This document shows positions 56,473-64,000 of a stretch of 64,000 nt of DNA, one piece after another. Numbering within the stretch: position 1 is the stretch's first letter; the number at the start of each line of letters is the position of its first letter. This DNA comes from a virus, in IMG/VR virus record IMGVR_UViG_3300026097_000010, positions 88,483 to 152,482 of that record; one strand, written 5' to 3'. The position numbers were made by a program, and so were the translations under genes. Below the pieces are notes generated by a model. It worked only from the letters and a program-made list of their open reading frames with translations, was not told the origin of the DNA and searched no databases.

Positions 56473-57452
56473 AAGCAATTATACCCGCTAAAGAAAAATG
56501 GTGCAGTATAGTATGGCAAGTAAACGATTGGTGCAACTATCGATGCTCCTATTGCAATGAATGGAATTGGGGCGGCCGAAACAAAAATGAAGACGAAATT
56601 AAAGTTATTGTCGAAACACTTGAAAGGATAGTTGAACATTATCAGAGTAAAGGTTATAGATATTTTAAACTTTTTTTAAGCGGCGGCGAGCCAACTTTCT
56701 GGAAAGGGCTGATTCCTGTTGTAGAAAAATTTAGAGAAAAGGTAGAATGGCCTGGAAGTTGTGTAGGAATCAACACCAATCTTTCCAAATCTCTAAATTG
56801 GTGGAAAGGCCATCATTATCTATTTGAGGATGTAGTTGCTAGCTATCATCCCGAATTTTCCAAAGAACAAAAATATATTGAGACATTTAAATTTCTACAA
56901 GACAAAAAGAATTATTTGTGCTCGCGTGTTATGATGCAAAAAGAAAACTTCATACAGTGTATAGATTTTGCTGAAAAACTCAAGTCGGAGTGCGATAATT
57001 ATATCATTGAATATGCACCTGTTTACGATCAACTTAGACCGGATGCAGAACCTTTTCATTATGACGAGGATTGGCATGTCGAATGGCTAAAAGAAAACAG
57101 TTATGAAAAGGTACAAACTGTGCCAATTAAAAAAGATCCCAATTATGCATACGCCAGAACCTGGTTCGAAGATGACACAATAACTCCTATAAACACAAAT
57201 AATATTATAGTACACGGAAAGAATTTTTTCAAAGGATGGTTTTGTAATATCCATGAAAGTTTGCATATTCATCCAAACGGAAACATTCAACAAGCAAGTT
57301 GCGGTGTAGGTCCGATTGTTGGTAATATCGTAAAAGGTGAATTTGATAAAAGTAGCACACAAGGAGTTTGGTGTCCCAAGAATCATTGTCATTGTGCAGC
57401 AGATTTTAACATTTCCAAAGCAAGGCCCGAGCATGTCGATAAAATACAATAA
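56460..57452 (+). CDS. Radical SAM enzyme with C-terminal cysteine-rich domain
   Basis: CNYRCSYC; SGGEP; C-terminal C...SC...CPKNHCHC. Confidence 0.88.
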   Translation: MQDIKAIIPAKEKWCSIVWQVNDWCNYRCSYCNEWNWGGRNKNEDEIKVIVETLERIVEHYQSKGYRYFKLFLSGGEPTFWKGLIPVVEKFREKVEWPGSCVGINTNLSKSLNWWKGHHYLFEDVVASYHPEFSKEQKYIETFKFLQDKKNYLCSRVMMQKENFIQCIDFAEKLKSECDNYIIEYAPVYDQLRPDAEPFHYDEDWHVEWLKENSYEKVQTVPIKKDPNYAYARTWFEDDTITPINTNNIIVHGKNFFKGWFCNIHESLHIHPNGNIQQASCGVGPIVGNIVKGEFDKSSTQGVWCPKNHCHCAADFNISKARPEHVDKIQ

Positions 57453-58782
57453 TATTAAAGACTCAACATATTGTTTTTTTGCAATGCATAGTTTTAGTGT
57501 GCATGCACACGGCAAAGCGCGGGCTTGTTGTGTTAGCAGAGACAAGAGCAAGTCATATCTTGAAGGTTATAATGATCTAATAAGCCTCAAAGATGTGCAT
57601 GGCAGTAGTCAGTATAAAGTCGTTCATTCGCTCGATGATTTTGTAAACGATCCTGTATTAATGCAAATGCGGAAAGATATGCTAGAAGGAATCCGCCCAG
57701 AAGCATGTACCAGATGTTGGAATTTAGAAGAGCAAGGAATTAAAAGTTTTAGACAAATTAACAACACTACTTACTCTGATTTAATAGATACTGATTTATC
57801 TAACATAGATGAAGACGGTAGAATGAACATATCGAGTATTAAATATCTTGATATTACATTGGGAAATGTATGTAATCTCAAATGCAGAAGTTGCAATCCG
57901 TGGAACAGTCATCGTTGGATAGAAGAAGGTCCTCATTTACCACACAACGGGTGGACTGAAAGTGCATATAACACAGGAAGATTAAGCTCCGAAGCACCTT
58001 GGTTTGCTCGAGCGTTTGCCGAAGGATTGTTCGATGATGTGTTGTCTAATATAACCAGTATAAACTTTTTAGGTGGCGAACCGCTGGTTGTAGAGGAACA
58101 TTACGAGTGGTTACAAAAAATAATCGAAATGGGTCACGCAAACCATATCAATTTATATTATAATACAAATGCAACAACCATTCCAGACAAATTATACGAT
58201 ATATGGAAAGAATTTAATGGTGTAAATCTAGGTATAAGCATTGATGCTATAGGAGATTTAGCATATTATGTTCGGCATCCGAGTAAGTGGAAGGTGATCG
58301 AACGAAATATGCTTAAATTGGCAGAGTTTACAAAACAGCATAAAAATATATTTGTGCAGATGCATAGCACATTAAGCTGTCTAAACCTGCACGATCTTCC
58401 TAATCTTTTAGAATGGTCTCGACAAAATTATGAAGCTTGGCACTATACATGGAAATGGGGAAATTACGGTTACCAAAATTGTATCCCCCATTTTAACATA
58501 GTTGAATATCCTTCTTTTATGCATATTAAGCACCTGCCAGATGAAATAAAAGAATCTTTAAACAATATGTTAGATCGAGAATATGAAAAATATTCGAATA
58601 TGAACCTAAATGAATGGGAGTATTCGAGTTTGGATAACATAATTGGTATTAAAAATACGCTAAATCAAGAAAGAGATTCAAGCGAATGGAAAAAATTTAT
58701 AGAAAATACAAAGGCAAGCGATAATTTTAGAAGTTTAAATATTGTCGATTATGTACCTTGGATGGAACCCTACTTAAAATAG
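57433..58782 (+). CDS. Radical SAM enzyme with N-terminal twitch/SPASM-like domain
   Basis: YCFFAM...ACC...CTRC; CNLKCRSC; LGGEP. Likely start is ATG 57433. Confidence 0.9.
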   Translation: MSIKYNNIKDSTYCFFAMHSFSVHAHGKARACCVSRDKSKSYLEGYNDLISLKDVHGSSQYKVVHSLDDFVNDPVLMQMRKDMLEGIRPEACTRCWNLEEQGIKSFRQINNTTYSDLIDTDLSNIDEDGRMNISSIKYLDITLGNVCNLKCRSCNPWNSHRWIEEGPHLPHNGWTESAYNTGRLSSEAPWFARAFAEGLFDDVLSNITSINFLGGEPLVVEEHYEWLQKIIEMGHANHINLYYNTNATTIPDKLYDIWKEFNGVNLGISIDAIGDLAYYVRHPSKWKVIERNMLKLAEFTKQHKNIFVQMHSTLSCLNLHDLPNLLEWSRQNYEAWHYTWKWGNYGYQNCIPHFNIVEYPSFMHIKHLPDEIKESLNNMLDREYEKYSNMNLNEWEYSSLDNIIGIKNTLNQERDSSEWKKFIENTKASDNFRSLNIVDYVPWMEPYLK

Positions 58783-59067
58783 TTTTTTGGTTTCGTGTTT
58801 GACATCGTTCATTAATCTTTCGATGTCCATTTTAAAATCAATTTTAACAATTATGTCTTGATAATCTTCGACAGTATCTAAGAGTTTTTCTGCAACCAAA
58901 TCCGGATCTTCTGAAAGTAATTTTGTAGTTATGTCTATCTCCCAGACAGATCCGTCGGAGAAATCTATTCGAACACTATCGATGTAAGCAACCGGCATTG
59001 TGTTTATTTCTAAATCAGTAAAAACTTCCGGCCATTGATCTATTAAGTGTTCAGGAGGTTTATACAT
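58774..59067 (-). CDS. Hypothetical protein
   Basis: 97-aa acidic ORF in the minus-strand block. Confidence 0.65.
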   Translation of the reverse strand: MYKPPEHLIDQWPEVFTDLEINTMPVAYIDSVRIDFSDGSVWEIDITTKLLSEDPDLVAEKLLDTVEDYQDIIVKIDFKMDIERLMNDVKHETKKLF

Positions 59068-59072
59068 ATAAA

Positions 59073-59714
59073 CTATGCATCAGCCTCTGTTTTTTTCTTT
59101 GTAGATTTTTTTGGTGCAGGATCTAGTTCTTCGGCCTCTCTGCGCAATCTGGCCGCTTCTTTATACATAGCATCAGCTTGACTACGATATGATTTTGCAA
59201 GATCTGCGTCGCTAAGAACGCCATCTGTAGAAACTGTTACAGGCTCGTCTGAAGGCAAGCTTTCTGCGACTGATGCTGTATTTTGTACTTCGTTAGTAGT
59301 TTGTGCTTTTGCAGGTGCGCCTTTAACAAAAGTATACAATTCATCTACAGTACAGTTTCTTTGCTCAGCTATGAATTTGTTAAGTTCGGATAAAACCACT
59401 TCCGAAGTAGGAGTAGGATTCATTATAATATTATCAGTTGCAACTTTTTGTAATCTATTATCTTGTTGCATTGCTTGCAGCATTGGACGACCGTCTGGAA
59501 AACTTCGAATAAACATGATTTCTCCAAACTCAAATGCTTCCTGTGCTTGATCAGTTTCTACAAGAGTCATCATAGAATCATGATATTGATCTGGTAAAGT
59601 ATGCACAGGCAATACTAATGCTTGATTACTTTCTCCGGGTAGTGTTCTAAAGATAACAATTACCCGGGTTCCGGTATTTTTAATTTTACCAACGTGTTTC
59701 ATTTGCTTTGCCAT
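59073..59714 (-). CDS. Hypothetical protein
   Basis: Start MAKQMKHVG at 59714 after AAGGA; coiled-coil and basic C-terminus. Confidence 0.75.
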   Translation of the reverse strand: MAKQMKHVGKIKNTGTRVIVIFRTLPGESNQALVLPVHTLPDQYHDSMMTLVETDQAQEAFEFGEIMFIRSFPDGRPMLQAMQQDNRLQKVATDNIIMNPTPTSEVVLSELNKFIAEQRNCTVDELYTFVKGAPAKAQTTNEVQNTASVAESLPSDEPVTVSTDGVLSDADLAKSYRSQADAMYKEAARLRREAEELDPAPKKSTKKKTEADA

Positions 59715-59715
59715 T

Positions 59716-59946
59716 TTATTCTTCCTTTTTAGAAACAGCATTTAAAAATGTGTCTAGTTTATTAAATACTTTGCCGACAGCTTCGAGTTCTTGTGCCTTA
59801 AATGCACCTCTTTGCGTAGCAACTTCTACAACATTTTTCAAAGCCGCTAAATCGCTGATATTTAAGTCAGGTCCAGCCGGCCCCGAATTTTCTGCACTTT
59901 CTGTAGTTTCTTCTACTTGCTGTGCTTCTACTTCTTGATTTTCCAT
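59716..59946 (-). CDS. Hypothetical protein
   Basis: Start at 59946 after AAGGAG; LNISDL...RGAF.A.E motif. Confidence 0.7.
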   Translation of the reverse strand: MENQEVEAQQVEETTESAENSGPAGPDLNISDLAALKNVVEVATQRGAFKAQELEAVGKVFNKLDTFLNAVSKKEE

Positions 59947-60215
59947 TAATTTCTCCTTAGATATGGACAAGCTAACATAAAGTATGTCATTTCTTTTTCT
60001 TCTTCAAACCCTATAAAAGATTCAACTTTTAAAGAATTTGAACTAGTAATAGTTGGCATCCTAGATAAGCAATACCGACCTTTTAGTTTAGATTTTATCC
60101 AATTTTCGATGTCTAGTGTATGCCAATCGTCTAACTTTGTTTTAACAAAATGTATCGGCATTTTTTCTAACTTTCTTACTTTTAAAACATCTAAAGGGTT
60201 AAGATCTAATTTCAT
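59946..60215 (-). CDS. Hypothetical protein (late-promoter driven)
   Basis: 89 aa; perfect TATAAATA at 60220-60227 just upstream. Confidence 0.65.
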   Translation of the reverse strand: MKLDLNPLDVLKVRKLEKMPIHFVKTKLDDWHTLDIENWIKSKLKGRYCLSRMPTITSSNSLKVESFIGFEEEKEMTYFMLACPYLRRN

Positions 60216-60219
60216 ATAA

Positions 60220-60227
60220 TATTTATA
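60220..60227 (-). promoter_or_regulatory. T4-type late promoter TATAAATA
   Basis: Exact T4 late consensus, 4 nt before the ATG at 60215. Confidence 0.65.
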
Positions 60228-60247
60228 ATGTGCTAAGTTTATTAAGT

Positions 60248-60637
60248 TTAATTCTGATTCATTCTTTTGGCCAATGCTTTAGTATATCCAAGTTTTTGTA
60301 CATCTCCGGAAAATAAATAAAGCTCAAATGCCGCTTTTTCTTTCAAAACAACGATATACTTTTTAGTGATATAATAAGGCGACTCGATAAAGTTATCTAG
60401 CCAAACTAACACCTGTGGAGTTATCGAAAAATTTTTTGGAAAATTAATTTTGTAAGTTTTTATTTCTGCTCGTTGTTCTATGTATTTAATAGCATATTCG
60501 GTTAATCTTAAACCGCCTTCTTCCTTGCTACGAACATTCCACCACCAATCTGCTCTTAACTTTTTAATTCGATTTTCAGTTGCTTCTTCTCCGCCTGCAT
60601 TAAGAAAAATAGAGGTAAATTGATCTTTTATGTCCAT
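60248..60637 (-). CDS. Hypothetical protein
   Basis: 129-aa ORF with WWWNVR...GGLRLT motif. Confidence 0.7.
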   Translation of the reverse strand: MDIKDQFTSIFLNAGGEEATENRIKKLRADWWWNVRSKEEGGLRLTEYAIKYIEQRAEIKTYKINFPKNFSITPQVLVWLDNFIESPYYITKKYIVVLKEKAAFELYLFSGDVQKLGYTKALAKRMNQN

Positions 60638-60638
60638 C

Positions 60639-60923
60639 TCATGTTTCTACTTCGCCCGAAGTTAGTTTATAAACCTTAAAATCTTCTGTTTTAAACATTT
60701 TGTTTAGTTTTTTAGCTAGATTATGAGCATGACCGGGATTCGAAAAAGACACTTTTTTATATTTCGGACCCGGATAGCTAGATACAAAACTACCACTTTT
60801 TAAGTTAAAGGGATTTCCTTTATAAAATACAGCCCAAATAGCTTCAGATTCTAATATCTGTTCTACTTTATATGTATCTTTGTTTGTGTGTTCTAAAATT
60901 ATTTTGGGCTTCGGCCTACTCAT
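60639..60923 (-). CDS. Hypothetical basic protein
   Basis: 94 aa, MSRPKP...GPKYKKVSFSNPGHA; AAGGA SD; GATAAATA at 60953-60960. Confidence 0.75.
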   Translation of the reverse strand: MSRPKPKIILEHTNKDTYKVEQILESEAIWAVFYKGNPFNLKSGSFVSSYPGPKYKKVSFSNPGHAHNLAKKLNKMFKTEDFKVYKLTSGEVET

Positions 60924-60963
60924 CTGCGTAATTCCTTAATTAACTACGCATATATTTATCTTC

Positions 60964-61215
60964 TTAAAACTTACCGCCGTCAAATTTTACATCAATATTT
61001 GAGGTTGATTCCTTAATGTCTTTTAGCATCTCGTTTACTTCAGTAATAGTTCCTGCTAATTTTGTAGAAAATAAAGCCAGATCGGAAACCATATCTCGGG
61101 CTTCTTGAATTGACAGTCTGATATCTTTTGCTTGACTTTTTTCTGCAGATCGAACACGCTGAATAAATCGTTCAACACTGGGCAAAGACTGCGGAATATT
61201 ACTTTGTGTTGGCAT
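60964..61215 (-). CDS. Hypothetical protein
   Basis: 83-aa helical ORF ending DGGKF. Confidence 0.65.
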   Translation of the reverse strand: MPTQSNIPQSLPSVERFIQRVRSAEKSQAKDIRLSIQEARDMVSDLALFSTKLAGTITEVNEMLKDIKESTSNIDVKFDGGKF

Positions 61216-61678
61216 GCGATAGTACCTGCTTCATTTCCATTTCTGTTTTAAAGGGTCCTTGATAGGGATATCTTTGTAAAGTAATAAGTTTAGGACAGAA
61301 GGATTTAACCCATCCTTTATCGAACTTAATTATATAATACCCTGCACAATATAAGCTTTTAGAATCTAAACTTTTAGTGAATAGAGGAAGTTTTTTCTTA
61401 ATATCAAACATAGAATTATGCGGTTTTGTACTACATGCAAACCCGTGAACTTCTAAAGGTTCTGCATTATCGGCAGGTTTAACAATTTTAGCAACAAAAA
61501 AGTCCGATCCAAATTCTGTTGTTAGACTCTTTTTATCTTTAAATATTCTCACACCGGATTCGTTACTCATTACGAAGCGATTGTCGTCGTTTTTTCTCAG
61601 TGTTGCACATTTCACACCATTTTGTTCGATAATCCAAAATTTATCATCGATAATAGGCTTTGCTTGCAATTCGTTCAT
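61199..61678 (-). CDS. Hypothetical protein
   Basis: 159-aa ORF with GGAG SD; SFCPKLITL motif. Confidence 0.7.
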   Translation of the reverse strand: MNELQAKPIIDDKFWIIEQNGVKCATLRKNDDNRFVMSNESGVRIFKDKKSLTTEFGSDFFVAKIVKPADNAEPLEVHGFACSTKPHNSMFDIKKKLPLFTKSLDSKSLYCAGYYIIKFDKGWVKSFCPKLITLQRYPYQGPFKTEMEMKQVLSHANTK

Positions 61679-61679
61679 G

Positions 61680-62672
61680 TTATTCTCCGTTGATATATCT
61701 TGCGTTTAATGGTTCTGCATAACTTTGTGCTTGATCAGCAATTTTTTGTAAATCCCAAAGATTACAAAATTTCATTAATCTGATCCCAACCTGGCTTATA
61801 TTTTTAGGTTCGCTGGTCTTTTCTGTAATTGTGTTATTAATTATTTCTCTAATATCTTCAGGCTGTTGTGTTAAATCGATTAGTTGTCGATTGCGTTCAT
61901 AGTCGTCTAACACACGATGTTCATCGCCGTTGTGATCTACCCACCGTTGTAACATAAGGTTATTCCAATTGAAACCTTTACTAGACTTGTCTTCAAATGC
62001 TTCTAATAACCCGACTTTATTTTTAGTACCTTTTTTTCTAACACCCGGATACGCCGAAAACACATTGTCACTAGTATCGCCACGCATACATTTTTCAAAT
62101 AACAACCATTGTGGATCGGGTGCAGGCTTTGCTTCTTTAGTTTTCTTATCAACTACAGGCTTGTTGTTTTTATCAAAGTAACCTTCATGTGTAGTTGTGA
62201 CTTCCTGCACTCCGTTATACTGTTTTACGTTAGGAGCAATTAACTGAGCAAAGTCAGAATCGGTTGAAATAATTACGTGATCGTCATCAGGATGCTGTTG
62301 AATCCATCCTGCAATTAAGTCATCCGCTTCCAGTTGTTTATGCTGTAAAACTGTGCAATTCGTTTTCTCAGTAATAAAGTCCTTAAAGGTGTCGAACGCT
62401 TCCCAGAAGACTTTGTCTTCTTCTTGTTCTTTTTCAGTGAGCGCCGCCCGGGCGTCAGACCTATTTCTCTTATACGGCTCATAATAGTCTTTCCTCCAGC
62501 TACGACCTTCTAAGCAAAATACTACATGACTTCCATTGAAGTCTTGCCATGCTTTGCGAACACTGTTTAAGGTAATGTGAAAAGCCATACCTAATTTAAT
62601 ATCGGCATCGCCTTTGATCACATGCCTGGCACGAAAAAATGTATTCGCGGTATCTACTAAAATATATGTCAT
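61680..62672 (-). CDS. rnh: RNase H / 5'-3' exonuclease (T4 rnh, FEN-like)
   Basis: LVDTAN, SWRK...YKRNR, EADD, ISTDSDF.QL, GDTSDNV motifs. Confidence 0.92.
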   Translation of the reverse strand: MTYILVDTANTFFRARHVIKGDADIKLGMAFHITLNSVRKAWQDFNGSHVVFCLEGRSWRKDYYEPYKRNRSDARAALTEKEQEEDKVFWEAFDTFKDFITEKTNCTVLQHKQLEADDLIAGWIQQHPDDDHVIISTDSDFAQLIAPNVKQYNGVQEVTTTHEGYFDKNNKPVVDKKTKEAKPAPDPQWLLFEKCMRGDTSDNVFSAYPGVRKKGTKNKVGLLEAFEDKSSKGFNWNNLMLQRWVDHNGDEHRVLDDYERNRQLIDLTQQPEDIREIINNTITEKTSEPKNISQVGIRLMKFCNLWDLQKIADQAQSYAEPLNARYINGE

Positions 62673-63073
62673 GAGTTATCTTTCTTCACTGAATTAATAT
62701 CAATAACGCCGGTATTAACTTGTTCCATCGGGCCACCGTAGTCACCGTCGACTACAACATTAGCACACAACTCTCTAAACCAACGATCTACAATTTCTTC
62801 TTCGGGATCACCTTCTAACCCATAACCTTGTGTTTTTAATTGTTCAATAAAGTATTTGTTCCAATCGAGTTCAAAAAATCCATTGCGAACATTTTCTTTA
62901 TTTACGTGCGTATCTAACACGCCAACCCAAGGTTCTTTCTTGCGTGTAGCTTTTTCTTTTTCACTAAGTGTTTTAAGTTCTGCCTGATCTTCTAGTTCTT
63001 TAGCTTTAGCAAGAGTAGCTTCTGCTTCTGCTTTGATCTTATCGAGACCAGTTAGTTTTTCTAACCACTTCAT
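62669..63073 (-). CDS. Hypothetical protein
   Basis: Probable start MKWLEK at 63073 (TAATG coupling to queE); GFFELDWN motif. Confidence 0.7.
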   Translation of the reverse strand: MKWLEKLTGLDKIKAEAEATLAKAKELEDQAELKTLSEKEKATRKKEPWVGVLDTHVNKENVRNGFFELDWNKYFIEQLKTQGYGLEGDPEEEIVDRWFRELCANVVVDGDYGGPMEQVNTGVIDINSVKKDNS

Positions 63074-63921
63074 TATGTACCCCACTCATTCTTAAACAAC
63101 GGCACTTGTAGTCTATCTGAATACCTAACACCGTTTGCCATAGCAAGTTCCGCTACACGGCGGTTGTTAAGCTCGTAGACACCTTCTGTGCCACCTACAG
63201 GCATCAAATACACAGGCCCTGTAAACCCTTCCGCACGATAAATGTCTGCGGCCTCTAATGCTTCTTCCGCATCTTCTTCTGTAGCAACTACAAACTTCAA
63301 ATATGTATAACCCGCTTCTTCATACTCGCACACAATGTCCGGACGAATAGCTTCACTGGAATCTTCACCACTACAACTAAGTTTAGCACTTACTGAAAAT
63401 GTAACTTCTCTGCCATCTCGCTGTGCCGTCCAAGACTTCAAATACCGTTTAAAATCTGCGTGTAACTTCTGAGTACCATTTGTTTCGAAAGTTATTTCTT
63501 TAAGCAGTTGCATACTTTCGTTATCAAGTAAATCAGGATATGCTCTCTGCCATCCTAACAACGGTTCGCCTCCTGTAATAACAAGATGCTCATCTTCCCA
63601 GCCATCCCCTGGCAACAGTTCACAGATGCGATCGGCAATGCCATCTGTTTCCATCATAGGTGAAAGATGTTTAAATCTCGGATCCCACGAAGCATAACTG
63701 TCACAACCTGTTGCCACAATAGGCAACTCTTCGTATGTGTTATACTTGTCAATATCCTTTGCGATAACGTCGTGTGCTGTACTTGCTTCGCCCGCAGGCA
63801 TATTAAAGCCACTACAGGTAAAGTTACACCCGAATGTACGCAAGAAAATACTAGGCACGCCCATATAGCGGCCTTCGCCTTGAATGCTGTAAAACAGCTC
63901 TGCAATTTTAATTTTACTCAT
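63073..63921 (-). CDS. queE: 7-carboxy-7-deazaguanine synthase (radical SAM)
   Basis: ELFYSIQGEG, FLRTFGCN, CDS, VITGGEP, FETNGT, KFVV, YLMP, RLQ motifs. Confidence 0.9.
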   Translation of the reverse strand: MSKIKIAELFYSIQGEGRYMGVPSIFLRTFGCNFTCSGFNMPAGEASTAHDVIAKDIDKYNTYEELPIVATGCDSYASWDPRFKHLSPMMETDGIADRICELLPGDGWEDEHLVITGGEPLLGWQRAYPDLLDNESMQLLKEITFETNGTQKLHADFKRYLKSWTAQRDGREVTFSVSAKLSCSGEDSSEAIRPDIVCEYEEAGYTYLKFVVATEEDAEEALEAADIYRAEGFTGPVYLMPVGGTEGVYELNNRRVAELAMANGVRYSDRLQVPLFKNEWGT

Positions 63922-64000
63922 AGTATGATTTTAACACCTTCCACGCCGATTTGTCAACATCGTTTGTGATAGTAAACGTGCCGTCGCTGTTATCAGTCCA
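63914..64000 (-). CDS. 3' end of a small ORF (possibly AbrB-like), truncated by window edge
   Basis: Open frame WTDNSDGTFTITNDVDKSAWKVLKSYYE*, overlapping the queE start by 8 nt. Confidence 0.45.
   Translation of the reverse strand, partial: WTDNSDGTFTITNDVDKSAWKVLKSYYE
63928..63957 (-). promoter_or_regulatory. sigma70-type promoter for queE
   Basis: TTGACA-N18-TAAAAT with extended TG; -10 ends 6 nt before the ATG. Confidence 0.6.

Noticed and set aside
42699-58782. RiPP cluster (SPASM peptide maturases)
   Set aside because: No short precursor peptide, RRE/PqqD domain, protease or exporter is visible; glycosyltransferase context and fusion point to sugars instead.
1-64000. Stop-codon reassignment as in some large phages
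   Set aside because: Conserved genes, including a 13.8-kb ORF, are intact in the standard code, and TAA, TGA and TAG all terminate genes.

Overview
This 64 kb, AT-rich, densely coding window comes from a large T4-superfamily-like (myovirus-type) phage genome and reads normally in the standard bacterial code. In order it contains: (1) the end of a gp26-like baseplate-hub/chaperone gene plus a small gp51-like ORF, which a -1 slippery site could join; (2) a minus-strand block with two low-complexity putative head proteins, a ~490-nt highly structured non-coding region directly 3' of a stand-alone GIY-YIG nuclease, an Hc1-like basic protein, gp46/gp47 (Rad50/Mre11-like) and the gp55 late sigma factor; (3) a ~34 kb plus-strand baseplate/tail operon (gp48/54-like, gp53, gp27-like, gp5-like, gp25, gp6, a 4593-aa giant, four paralogous fibres, two paralogous distal proteins); (4) a ~16 kb operon of four glycosyltransferase-like genes, a 2-His-1-carboxylate oxygenase and seven radical SAM enzymes; (5) a minus-strand block of small ORFs, RNase H-like 5'-3' exonuclease and QueE. 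I found no tRNA, CRISPR array or IS element. The most notable items are the nuclease-linked ornate ncRNA candidate and the tail-linked glycosyltransferase/radical-SAM cluster. All family assignments are by motif recognition, not database search.
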